Of a stretch of 36,865 nt of DNA, positions 1-7,622 are shown in pieces. Position 1 is the first letter of the stretch. The number at the start of each line of letters is the position of its first letter. Below the pieces are notes generated by a model, which did not search any database, was not told where the DNA came from, and worked only from the letters and a program-made list of their open reading frames with translations. The DNA comes from a virus (taxonomy: Duplodnaviria > Caudoviricetes): positions 1 to 36,865 of the IMG/VR virus record IMGVR_UViG_3300033406_000395; one strand, 5' to 3'. The translations under genes and the position numbers were made by a program.

Positions 1-960
1 GTGGGCAAAAAGATGATGGGATCACTAAAAAAACAAGGGCTTAAACTTTCTAAGGAGAGTAACGTATCCGATATTGTGGATGAGTTTATGCGATATAGCG
101 GGATACGAGGGCTGAGCAGTTTCACTTTAAAGAATTACCGAAATACGCTGCGGAAATTTTTTGCGGAGTACATCGGGGTGCTGAATGATCCGGTTGCATT
201 AAGACGGCATATTCTGGTTCTGTTGGCTGGCAGCGGAGATGAATACCACAACAAACGGCTTAGCGTCTATAGGCTGTTCTTCGATTTTTGTGTTGAGCGT
301 GGCCTGCTAGAAAAGAACCCAGCTGTCGGATTAAAGTTCCGGCGGCATACCGTTAGGGTTGTAGACCATGCCGATGAAACGATCCAGAAGCTGCTGCGAA
401 TTATTAATAAGGATACGTTTTCGGGGCTGAGGGATTATGCATTTGCTATTCTAATTTTGGATACCGGCATCAGACCGAGTGAGGCTCTGCAAGTAACGCC
501 GGACGACATTGATTTTGTCCGCAAGCGCATTCACGTGCGACCGGAAGTTTCTAAAACGCGCGAAGAACGGTTTTTGCCGATATCTGTGCAAGTAATACAC
601 ATTCTCGAGAAATTGATGCATATCCGGCCCGATGAATGGAGTGCGGATACTCCGGTATTGAGCACGTACGAAGGTGGGGAAATGCCGACCGCCGCCATAC
701 GAGATCGATTCAGACAGTACAGTTTGCGGACGGGGACAAGTGTGACCCCCTACCATTTAAGACATACTTTTGCCGTCAACTTCATCCGCAACGGCGGCGA
801 TCCATTTACATTACAGTACCTGATGGGCCACAAGAAGATGGAAATGACTAGAGTATATGTCCATTTGAATGAAAAGGATATTGCAGACAAACATGCGGCA
901 GCATCGCCGCTGCGAAACTATACGGGCGGCAAGCGAGTAGTAAACGTCAAGAAGAAATAA
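1..960 (+). CDS. Tyrosine recombinase / phage integrase
   Basis: Catalytic set DTGIRPSE (R), SKTR (K), HLRH, MGH, TRVY (Y); N-terminal core-binding domain. Confidence 0.95.
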   Translation: MGKKMMGSLKKQGLKLSKESNVSDIVDEFMRYSGIRGLSSFTLKNYRNTLRKFFAEYIGVLNDPVALRRHILVLLAGSGDEYHNKRLSVYRLFFDFCVERGLLEKNPAVGLKFRRHTVRVVDHADETIQKLLRIINKDTFSGLRDYAFAILILDTGIRPSEALQVTPDDIDFVRKRIHVRPEVSKTREERFLPISVQVIHILEKLMHIRPDEWSADTPVLSTYEGGEMPTAAIRDRFRQYSLRTGTSVTPYHLRHTFAVNFIRNGGDPFTLQYLMGHKKMEMTRVYVHLNEKDIADKHAAASPLRNYTGGKRVVNVKKK

Positions 961-967
961 TCGACTG

Positions 968-996
968 AGCAGGCAGAGATGCCTGCTTTATTTTTT
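968..996 (+). terminator. Rho-independent terminator after integrase
   Basis: AGCAGGCA-gaga-TGCCTGCT followed by T-rich tail. Confidence 0.85.
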
Positions 997-1022
997 ACCT
1001 TTTCGTATTCTTGTTGATATAG
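993..1022 (+). promoter_or_regulatory. Candidate phage-sigma late promoter, copy 1
   Basis: TTTTACC-N11-TTGTTGATATAG; same boxes and spacing at 7535 and 18079. Confidence 0.7.
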
Positions 1023-1154
1023 GTAAAGTATGGAGGGGCTACGGTGCTGTTAAACAAAAAATGAAACTGTCAGGCGACGGGCAAAAGAGGCGCGAAGCTA
1101 GTCGTAGCAAGGTTTATAACAGATCGTTATAACTAAAAAAGGAGATGCTTAACT

Positions 1155-1685
1155 ATGATTATTGCTATTAACCCCGGCCACTATGCTGGCTCTGAAAATT
1201 ATGATTCTGGTGCGGTGAATGAAGCGCTGGGGCTGCGAGAAGTCGACATCAATATCGCGGTCGCCCAAAAGCTGCAGACGATGCTGGAAGATGCCGGGTA
1301 CGAAACCATTTATATTCATGCCGGCGAATTGTACGAGATTACGGATGCATCCAATAATGCTGGCGCCGATTTGTTCGTTAGCATCCATTGTAACAGCGCA
1401 GGATCGTCACAGCCTGTCGGCACGGAAACGTTTTACTGTCAGGGAAGCTGCCATGGCCAATCGTTTGCTACGTGCATTCAGGAAGAAATGGTTAATCTCG
1501 GTTTGACCGACCGCGGCATCAAATGTAACGGGCTGTACGTGACCCGGCATACAGATGCGGTGGCCGTACTGGTCGAGTTAGGATTTTTGTCAAACATGGA
1601 TGAGGGCGCCTTACTGGGCACGGAAGATTTTCAACAAGCCGCCGCAGAAGCGATTTACAGAGGGGTTTGCCAGTATGTTGGATGA
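1155..1685 (+). CDS. N-acetylmuramoyl-L-alanine amidase (Amidase_3), catalytic domain only; probable endolysin
   Basis: INPGH...E, FVSIHCN, LVELGF zinc-amidase motifs; GGAG RBS. Confidence 0.92.
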   Translation: MIIAINPGHYAGSENYDSGAVNEALGLREVDINIAVAQKLQTMLEDAGYETIYIHAGELYEITDASNNAGADLFVSIHCNSAGSSQPVGTETFYCQGSCHGQSFATCIQEEMVNLGLTDRGIKCNGLYVTRHTDAVAVLVELGFLSNMDEGALLGTEDFQQAAAEAIYRGVCQYVG

Positions 1686-1758
1686 ATTCCTTATTGGCAG
1701 GCCTGCCGTTTCATACACGCAATCCTGTGAGGTGTGGCTGCGTGATAATATGATTGTA

Positions 1759-1791
1759 ACTCCTGACCGAAAAGGCCGGGAGTATTTTTTT
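1759..1791 (+). terminator. Rho-independent terminator after amidase
   Basis: ACTCCTGACC-gaaaa-GGCCGGGAGT plus T7. Confidence 0.75.
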
Positions 1792-1801
1792 CGGGGCGGG
1801 G

Positions 1802-1830
1802 TTGACAGATTTATTTTTGGGTGATACGAT
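1802..1830 (+). promoter_or_regulatory. SigmaA-type promoter with extended -10
   Basis: TTGACA-17 nt-TACGAT with TG at the extended -10 position; no credible RBS/ORF downstream. Confidence 0.75.
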
Positions 1831-1836
1831 AGTCAC

Positions 1837-2150
1837 CGTTGAACCGATTAGGCCGTGATGGCCTCCGATCGGCGGACAATTCACTGGCAACAGGATTAGC
1901 GATTAGAGCGTGATTTGCGGCTGAACCACCCGATGATAAGGGCTGGCGCGACCGTAATGCGCGGCGAAAGCTGAGCCGAAGCCGACAATGTAAACCGTGC
2001 TGAAAATGCAGCACCCACTTACGATAACGCAGGATGCCCATAGCGGCCCTGCACCAAGCAAAATGCATACAGATTCATTCTGGCCCCGAATAAGGGCGCC
2101 AGGGCGTCTCGTGTGTTGCTTGGATTATCGTGAGTGGGTGCTTTTTGCTT
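1837..2150 (+). ncRNA. Candidate structured non-coding RNA, family not recognised
   Basis: Own promoter; several hairpins with GNRA loops; 18-bp stem 2010-2027/2125-2142 followed by a U-tract. Confidence 0.55.
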
Positions 2151-2154
2151 TTGG

Positions 2155-2454
2155 CTATTTTAATGCTTTGACAATTTGTTGCGCTACGAATAATTGTTCG
2201 ATGGAGTCTTCAATAGTTTGTTGAAAGAAAGTCCGTAAGAAGTCGTTCAATGTGCTTTGGTCTTTTAGTTTTTCTGCACAATGATGGCAGATACTTAATG
2301 AACCGACTATATCGCCGCTGTCTTGATCTATTACATCAAGGACAGCCTCTCCCTTGTGATTTTCGCCACCAAAGACTTGATAGCATGCATAGTCTTCGAG
2401 ATCCATGTCTTGTGTGTCATCTGGTCCGTAACTTGTAGCGGTTGCTAGATTCAT
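2155..2454 (-). CDS. Small acidic hypothetical protein with CxxC
   Basis: AAGGAGG RBS, own promoter, CHHC motif. Confidence 0.75.
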   Translation of the reverse strand: MNLATATSYGPDDTQDMDLEDYACYQVFGGENHKGEAVLDVIDQDSGDIVGSLSICHHCAEKLKDQSTLNDFLRTFFQQTIEDSIEQLFVAQQIVKALK

Positions 2455-2480
2455 ATAAATTACCTCCTTTTTCTTAGTTT

Positions 2481-2509
2481 ATTGTAAGGGAATACAACGT
2501 CACTGTCTA
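2481..2509 (-). promoter_or_regulatory. SigmaA-type promoter for the 2155-2454 gene
   Basis: TAGACA-17 nt-TACAAT on the minus strand. Confidence 0.65.
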
Positions 2510-2942
2510 GATTGTCGTCGAATTTGGCGAATGGTTATCTAGTGTACGAGGCCCAATATCGGCCAGCTGCCCCTGCGGGCCAGCTAACCTCTGCATGAGG
2601 CCGATGCAGGGGATGAGTTGACATGGGGAACGGTATCCATTTTATCTGGCCGCCGCCTCGCTGGACTCGCGGATAAACACCATGCCTGCATTAGTTTTCG
2701 GGGTGGTTAGCTATTAAACGATAAATTCACCATTAACAGCTCAACACTTCTGCCCGAACTTCGACTGAAACATGGACGGCTGCACCCGCCATTACTCCAC
2801 CGGCTCGAATATCGATTAAACTTCTCCCGCGGCCCCGACCTGAACTGCGAACTCTTATCTTAAATGACTACTAAGAAGGATTATTCGCGGACATAACAGC
2901 AGAAACTCAGTAACTAAGCGGTATCAAGGCCATTTTTAACCC

Positions 2943-2988
2943 CTACTAAAAAGTAGATATCCGGTTATCTAAATCTACTAAAAAGTAG
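2943..2988. repeat. Two copies of palindromic 14-mer CTACTAAAAAGTAG, 32 bp apart
   Basis: Exact copies at 2943-2956 and 2975-2988. Confidence 0.85.
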
Positions 2989-3011
2989 GTGCATACTTCT
3001 TGAAAAAAGCA

Positions 3012-3060
3012 TTGACTTTGTGGGGCACAAAGTACTATAATAAGTTTGTGGGGTACGAAG
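3012..3060 (+). promoter_or_regulatory. SigmaA promoter with overlapping palindromic operator
   Basis: TTGACT-18-TATAAT; ACTTTGTG-ggg-CACAAAGT at 3015-3033 and degenerate copy at 3045-3060. Confidence 0.75.
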
Positions 3061-3078
3061 ATCGATGGAGGGGATAAC

Positions 3079-3261
3079 ATGGCACAAGGTAAGAAAGGCG
3101 CAGTCGAACAAGACATGATTATCAAATTTCGGATCAACAGCAAGCTGTATGCTGCGGCGCAGGAATTAGCCAAGCAACGAGGGACTAACTTCAGCAAAAT
3201 GGTCAGAGATTATCTGCAGGCAGAGATTGATGCGGCTGCTAAAAACACTCCAGATAAATAA
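3079..3261 (+). CDS. Ribbon-helix-helix (CopG/Arc-like) DNA-binding protein
   Basis: IIKFRI beta-strand, helix, GTNFSKMVRDYL; start moved to ATG 3079 after GGAGG. Confidence 0.75.
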   Translation: MAQGKKGAVEQDMIIKFRINSKLYAAAQELAKQRGTNFSKMVRDYLQAEIDAAAKNTPDK

Positions 3262-3356
3262 ATTGAAGAAAATTATTGCTGCATATGTTACGTACCGATT
3301 GAAATTGCTAATTATGTTTATGTAGGCGATAACAAAAACAACTGGAGGAATGGATC

Positions 3357-4235
3357 ATGATTAAGAAAGTCAACAACATCGAAGAGTACGAGAAAATTGG
3401 TTATGTTAGCAGCAGGCCCAAAGAAGACATCACGGTAGGCACCGAAACCTTTGAACGCGCTGGTCGTGGCTACGAGAAGTCATTCTGGAAAAGGGGACGC
3501 TACATTATCAATAGCGGAACAAGCTTTATTAAGGTATACTGCCCAAGCGACAGCAATAAGTGCCCAAGCTTGCGCGATGCGCTCGTAGATAATGCCAAGG
3601 ACATCGGACAAATGATGATGATTATCTGGGACATGGATAAAAACAACATGGTGATGTACAAAGACAAGCATGCCCACAAAGGTGTGCCGGCAGACAAAAA
3701 GCTGCTCTACAGCATGATTAGCGACAACGACGAAGTTGCTAGACGCTTCGTTAAGCGCATGATTGACAAAGGCATCATCAAAGAAGCTAGGATTGACAGT
3801 TACTCCCGCTACTATATCAACCCAATTTACACGATGACCGACAGCGGCATTACCCTGGACCTGTACAAATTGTTTAAGGAGATTATCGATCCGTACTTGA
3901 CCGACAAAGCGAAAGAAGATTTGGCTACACTGATTTACTACGAGAATAATCCTTCGGAGATTGCAAGGCTACGGGCCGAACACGCTCAGCAACAAGAGGC
4001 GGCGGCAGACAAGATGATCGAAGATCTTATTGCACCTGTACAAACAACGAAAGCGCCCAATATCAAACCAGGGACAGCTGTCATAGACTTGCTGCTTGAA
4101 GGATACACGTGGGAAGAGGCCAGCGCACTTTGTCCGGGTAGCTTTGATGATATTGCCCCACTCAACGATGCCTGGATGCCGACAAAAAAAGAAGCTGTCA
4201 TAACGCCAGCAAGCGTCATAACAGCCCAAAACTAA
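3357..4235 (+). CDS. Putative replication protein, RepL-like winged HTH
   Basis: VARRFVKRMIDKGII...YYINP pattern; follows RHH gene and repeats. Confidence 0.55.
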   Translation: MIKKVNNIEEYEKIGYVSSRPKEDITVGTETFERAGRGYEKSFWKRGRYIINSGTSFIKVYCPSDSNKCPSLRDALVDNAKDIGQMMMIIWDMDKNNMVMYKDKHAHKGVPADKKLLYSMISDNDEVARRFVKRMIDKGIIKEARIDSYSRYYINPIYTMTDSGITLDLYKLFKEIIDPYLTDKAKEDLATLIYYENNPSEIARLRAEHAQQQEAAADKMIEDLIAPVQTTKAPNIKPGTAVIDLLLEGYTWEEASALCPGSFDDIAPLNDAWMPTKKEAVITPASVITAQN

Positions 4236-4449
4236 AACAACCAACGATAAGATTATATCATAAGATACAGAGGTCGGCACACCGGCCCAAAGATAAAACG
4301 GAATGGGCTCACCTGCTCGTGTCATTCACACTTGCGGAAGAGCCCGCCGCAAAAATGTTGAAGAAAAATTTTACGCAAATGTGTAATGCTAAAACAATAT
4401 ATGTATATGTAACACCAATCAACGAACCAACAAAAGGAGAGATTTGATT

Positions 4450-5310
4450 ATGGCAATCATGACAGCAGGACAAACCAATACTTATAAGGCGATCAGGGCT
4501 CTACAAGCAGGACAGCTTGATAAGGCAAATGAATACGCGCAGATAGCATTGGCGTTAGAGGCGGACGAAATCGACATGAGATCCCGGGCATTGGCAGCCG
4601 CCGTGCTGATGGTGGAAACCGAAGCAGATGCGGAAACACTGAAGACCATGGCGGTGTACAATGATATGGTTGCGCTCATCAACGAGGTGGAGGAACAACA
4701 ACCACCGGGGCGCTGTTTGATCGAGATGCACAATGAGTTATTTTGTGAAGAGACCGGATACAGACAAATTGCAGCGCTCGAAAATGCAATAAAAGAGATC
4801 GCGCAAACCATTGAAAGTACAAACAGAATGACGCCACTTGTAAAAGCCAACATAGCGGAAATGATTTACAAGATGATTGACGGCCATGATTCCCATGTGG
4901 TGCGTCTAGCGGCGACAGAACTCCTAGGAGTATTGAGTTGTCGCAAACAAGACAGAGATGATTTTGCATTTCTGTTGCGCTGTGACAATAAGTCCTATCT
5001 AGGCTATCATATCCCACGCGCAAACGAAAATAGCAATGCGAATAATATCAATGTGTACAAAACAATCAATTTGGCGGTAGATACATATTTTACAGGTAAC
5101 AATGACGAAGCGCGCAATATATGCAAAAGCATTGACTACAACACCAATCGCAATTTTGGCGATAGTGCTGCTTGCATGATTGCATATATCCCATTCCGAT
5201 GGTTGGGGACGGGTGTAGCAGGCATGACCCCAAACACCAACTGGGTTAAAATAGCTGAGTTTCTTGCAGTCGAGGACTACCGCGAATACGGCAAGCAACT
5301 AATCGGTTAA
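4450..5310 (+). CDS. Hypothetical helical protein
   Basis: Long ORF, AAAGGAG RBS. Confidence 0.75.
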   Translation: MAIMTAGQTNTYKAIRALQAGQLDKANEYAQIALALEADEIDMRSRALAAAVLMVETEADAETLKTMAVYNDMVALINEVEEQQPPGRCLIEMHNELFCEETGYRQIAALENAIKEIAQTIESTNRMTPLVKANIAEMIYKMIDGHDSHVVRLAATELLGVLSCRKQDRDDFAFLLRCDNKSYLGYHIPRANENSNANNINVYKTINLAVDTYFTGNNDEARNICKSIDYNTNRNFGDSAACMIAYIPFRWLGTGVAGMTPNTNWVKIAEFLAVEDYREYGKQLIG

Positions 5311-5406
5311 CCCGACGGGGCTCTCTGCTCTTGTTGACCACACTTTCAGCGGAGCCGCCAAAAAACTGAATATCACCACTTACGCTTAAGATAAAAATGA
5401 AAACCG

Positions 5407-5437
5407 AGGACATGGTTATGATACCGTGTCCTTTTTT
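5407..5437 (+). terminator. Rho-independent terminator
   Basis: AGGACATGGT-tatgat-ACCGTGTCCT plus T-tract. Confidence 0.75.
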
Positions 5438-5442
5438 ATTTT

Positions 5443-5484
5443 GTCCAACCGTTGGACTTTTTGAATTAGTCCAGAAGCTGGACT
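5443..5484. repeat. Two GTCCA-N5-TGGAC palindromes
   Basis: GTCCAACCGTTGGAC 5443-5457; AGTCCAGAAGCTGGACT 5468-5484. Confidence 0.8.
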
Positions 5485-5576
5485 TTTTGGCAAAAATATT
5501 TTTAGGGCGACTGAATATAGCTAGCAAAACGAGTAATTATGATTATGTAAGCAGATAAAAAAGGAGACGATTAATT

Positions 5577-5936
5577 ATGGAAAAGACAATGATTACCCGT
5601 ATTATGGAAGACGCAGCAAAGATGGAGGCTGCCAACGATTTGATGACAGAGGCGCTGATTGCGCTGGAGGCACAAGACTACTTGGAGGCATATGAAAAGG
5701 CAGAGGATGTCCTGGATATCTCCGACAACTGCGAAAAACGTCTGGCCGCTCTCTACGTGCAAGAATTAGCTGTCCGAGAAGATGGGCGCATCGCCCAACG
5801 AATCCTAGAGATTGCTTATGACACTGACCGGCGCGATGACATCATTGAACGTAACAATGCTGCGCACGCTGAGTTGCATAAGACGGTCAATGACTTTGTT
5901 GCCAGCCTGCAGCGCATCCGGGCCAAGATAATTTAG
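5577..5936 (+). CDS. Hypothetical helical protein
   Basis: AAGGAG RBS; resembles the N-terminus of the 4450 protein. Confidence 0.75.
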   Translation: MEKTMITRIMEDAAKMEAANDLMTEALIALEAQDYLEAYEKAEDVLDISDNCEKRLAALYVQELAVREDGRIAQRILEIAYDTDRRDDIIERNNAAHAELHKTVNDFVASLQRIRAKII

Positions 5937-5948
5937 GAGGTGAGGACC

Positions 5949-6365
5949 ATGACATACAGTCTGCGCTTATTTAATGATATCAAAGTCTTTTTGAAAAAGG
6001 CCATCAAACCTTGGCGTGACGAGATCTACAAGCGCCAGAGTGGCCGCTGCCGCATATCCAACCAATACCGCAATGTCGATATCCATCACGTCTCAAAATC
6101 CTTTAGCTGCATCGTGGGGGAGACCTTTGCCATCACCGGCATCCAGTATCGCCCTAGTACCAATGATTACTCAGCCGCCGAACTCAATCTGCTCGCAGCT
6201 ACCATCTTGGCCTTGCATAAAAACGTACAGGCCACGCTGGTCGCCCGCAGGTTGCACGCCGAATACCATAGGCAGTACGGCAATGACTGCACAGCTGATA
6301 ATTGGCGCGAGTTTAAGTCGCAATACAAGCCGCGCCGAAGAAATAATATCAAAAAAATTGCATAG
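5949..6365 (+). CDS. HNH-like endonuclease (degenerate)
   Basis: W..EIYKR...CRIS...DIHH...LHAEYHRQYG pattern. Confidence 0.6.
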   Translation: MTYSLRLFNDIKVFLKKAIKPWRDEIYKRQSGRCRISNQYRNVDIHHVSKSFSCIVGETFAITGIQYRPSTNDYSAAELNLLAATILALHKNVQATLVARRLHAEYHRQYGNDCTADNWREFKSQYKPRRRNNIKKIA

Positions 6366-6441
6366 CGATTGTGTAATAGCCCCTTTGTACAAGTAATACA
6401 TCTTACGTGAGACAAATTGCTAATATAAAGGGGTTTTGATC

Positions 6442-7002
6442 ATGGCATACACAGCGAAGGACAACGCTTGGGAAGAGTCGCAAACAAAAGCCAAAGTAGC
6501 AGAAGAGATTGCGATGCAGATACTGCACGCAGACGGCTGGGATCATGTACTCGACAAGCGGGATGACTATATATTCCAAAAAATGGACGTTGATTTTTTG
6601 ACCCTTAGCCGCAAACGGGTAAGCCAATTTGTTGAAGTCAAATCGGATGATTGCGCGAAGAACAATAATTATTGCCTCGAGGTTGTATCCAATACTGACA
6701 CGGGCACACCTGGCTGGGGACTGACAACCAAGGCCGATCAGATATGGATCTACCGCTCCGCATTCGGAACCATCGACTTGCTGGATGGCCCCAAAACCGT
6801 AGCTTGGCTAAAGGCTAATCATGATCGCCAAAAGAACGGTCGCGATGAGTTTTTTGCGCTCCGAAACGGGACGAAGAAAAAATACGGCAACGGCACACTG
6901 TACCCATCACTCTGCCGGCTCGTCAATCGAGACCTGTTTGCAAAAGAGGTCGGCATCATACGCCGGATAAACGTCAGGGATTACCTGACGCAAGCATCTT
7001 AG
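6442..7002 (+). CDS. PD-(D/E)XK nuclease-like protein
   Basis: AEE...DVDF...FVEVKSD motif. Confidence 0.6.
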   Translation: MAYTAKDNAWEESQTKAKVAEEIAMQILHADGWDHVLDKRDDYIFQKMDVDFLTLSRKRVSQFVEVKSDDCAKNNNYCLEVVSNTDTGTPGWGLTTKADQIWIYRSAFGTIDLLDGPKTVAWLKANHDRQKNGRDEFFALRNGTKKKYGNGTLYPSLCRLVNRDLFAKEVGIIRRINVRDYLTQAS

Positions 7003-7022
7003 CAAGCCGGAGGATGATAACC

Positions 7023-7532
7023 ATGTTAACAGCACAACAGCAAGATATGGCTGACCAACACTACCGATTCGCGATTTGGCTGGCCGCAAAATGGTCGAAA
7101 ATCCAAGATACAGTCCCGCGTGAAGAATTGGAGGGCATCGCCTTAATCGAATTGTGCAACGCTGCTGCAGCTTACGATCCAAGCCGCGGCAGCAGCTTTA
7201 CTCATTTTGCGAAGCATCATATCAATCAAATTCTGGCGCGCACAATTAAAGAGACACGGCGCCACAACCGAATCGAAGATCAGGCGGTCCGGAAAGAAGA
7301 AATGACTATCAAGCGTAAAAACGCCGAGTACAACGTCGAAAATAAAGCGCTCGGATCGGAGCTGCAAGATGCTCTTGATCAACTGTCGCCGGAACATCGC
7401 GAAATCCTTGAGGAATGTTATATCGACAAGCTAAGTTACAAAGAAATTGCCTTTAAGCACGGACTGACGGTTAACCAAGTCAAATTCATCTTGCGCTGCG
7501 CCAAACAGCAGGTGCGCCAGAAAATTGCATAG
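7023..7532 (+). CDS. Sigma-70 family RNA polymerase sigma factor (regions 2 and 4 only)
   Basis: YDPSRGSSFTHFA (region 2); LSPEHREIL...LSYKEIA (region 4 HTH). Confidence 0.9.
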   Translation: MLTAQQQDMADQHYRFAIWLAAKWSKIQDTVPREELEGIALIELCNAAAAYDPSRGSSFTHFAKHHINQILARTIKETRRHNRIEDQAVRKEEMTIKRKNAEYNVENKALGSELQDALDQLSPEHREILEECYIDKLSYKEIAFKHGLTVNQVKFILRCAKQQVRQKIA

Positions 7533-7534
7533 CG

Positions 7535-7564
7535 TTTTACCAAAATGCCCAGTTGTTGATATAG
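7535..7564 (+). promoter_or_regulatory. Candidate phage-sigma late promoter, copy 2
   Basis: TTTTACC-N11-TTGTTGATATAG directly after the sigma stop codon. Confidence 0.7.
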
Positions 7565-7622
7565 CTATTAGTGAGATCAACACTAGGCATTTTATTTTAT
7601 TAACGATGGAGGACGATACGAT

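Noticed and set aside
1060-1110. c-di-GMP-I riboswitch-like string (AAACTGTC...GACGGGCAAAAG)
   Set aside because: Lacks the GNRA loop and GCAAAGC core in the correct arrangement, and no P1 or terminator follows
1683-1755. Selenocysteine readthrough of the amidase TGA with a downstream hairpin
   Set aside because: The amidase domain is already complete, the hairpin is too distant and another stop follows after 14 codons
1918-1985. Hammerhead ribozyme (CCGATGA...GAAA)
   Set aside because: The core requires CUGANGA; the sequence has CCGAUGA and the GAAA is in a tetraloop
1811-2224. ORFs 1811-2068 (-) and 1997-2224 (+)
   Set aside because: No RBS, atypical composition; the region is better explained by RNA structure
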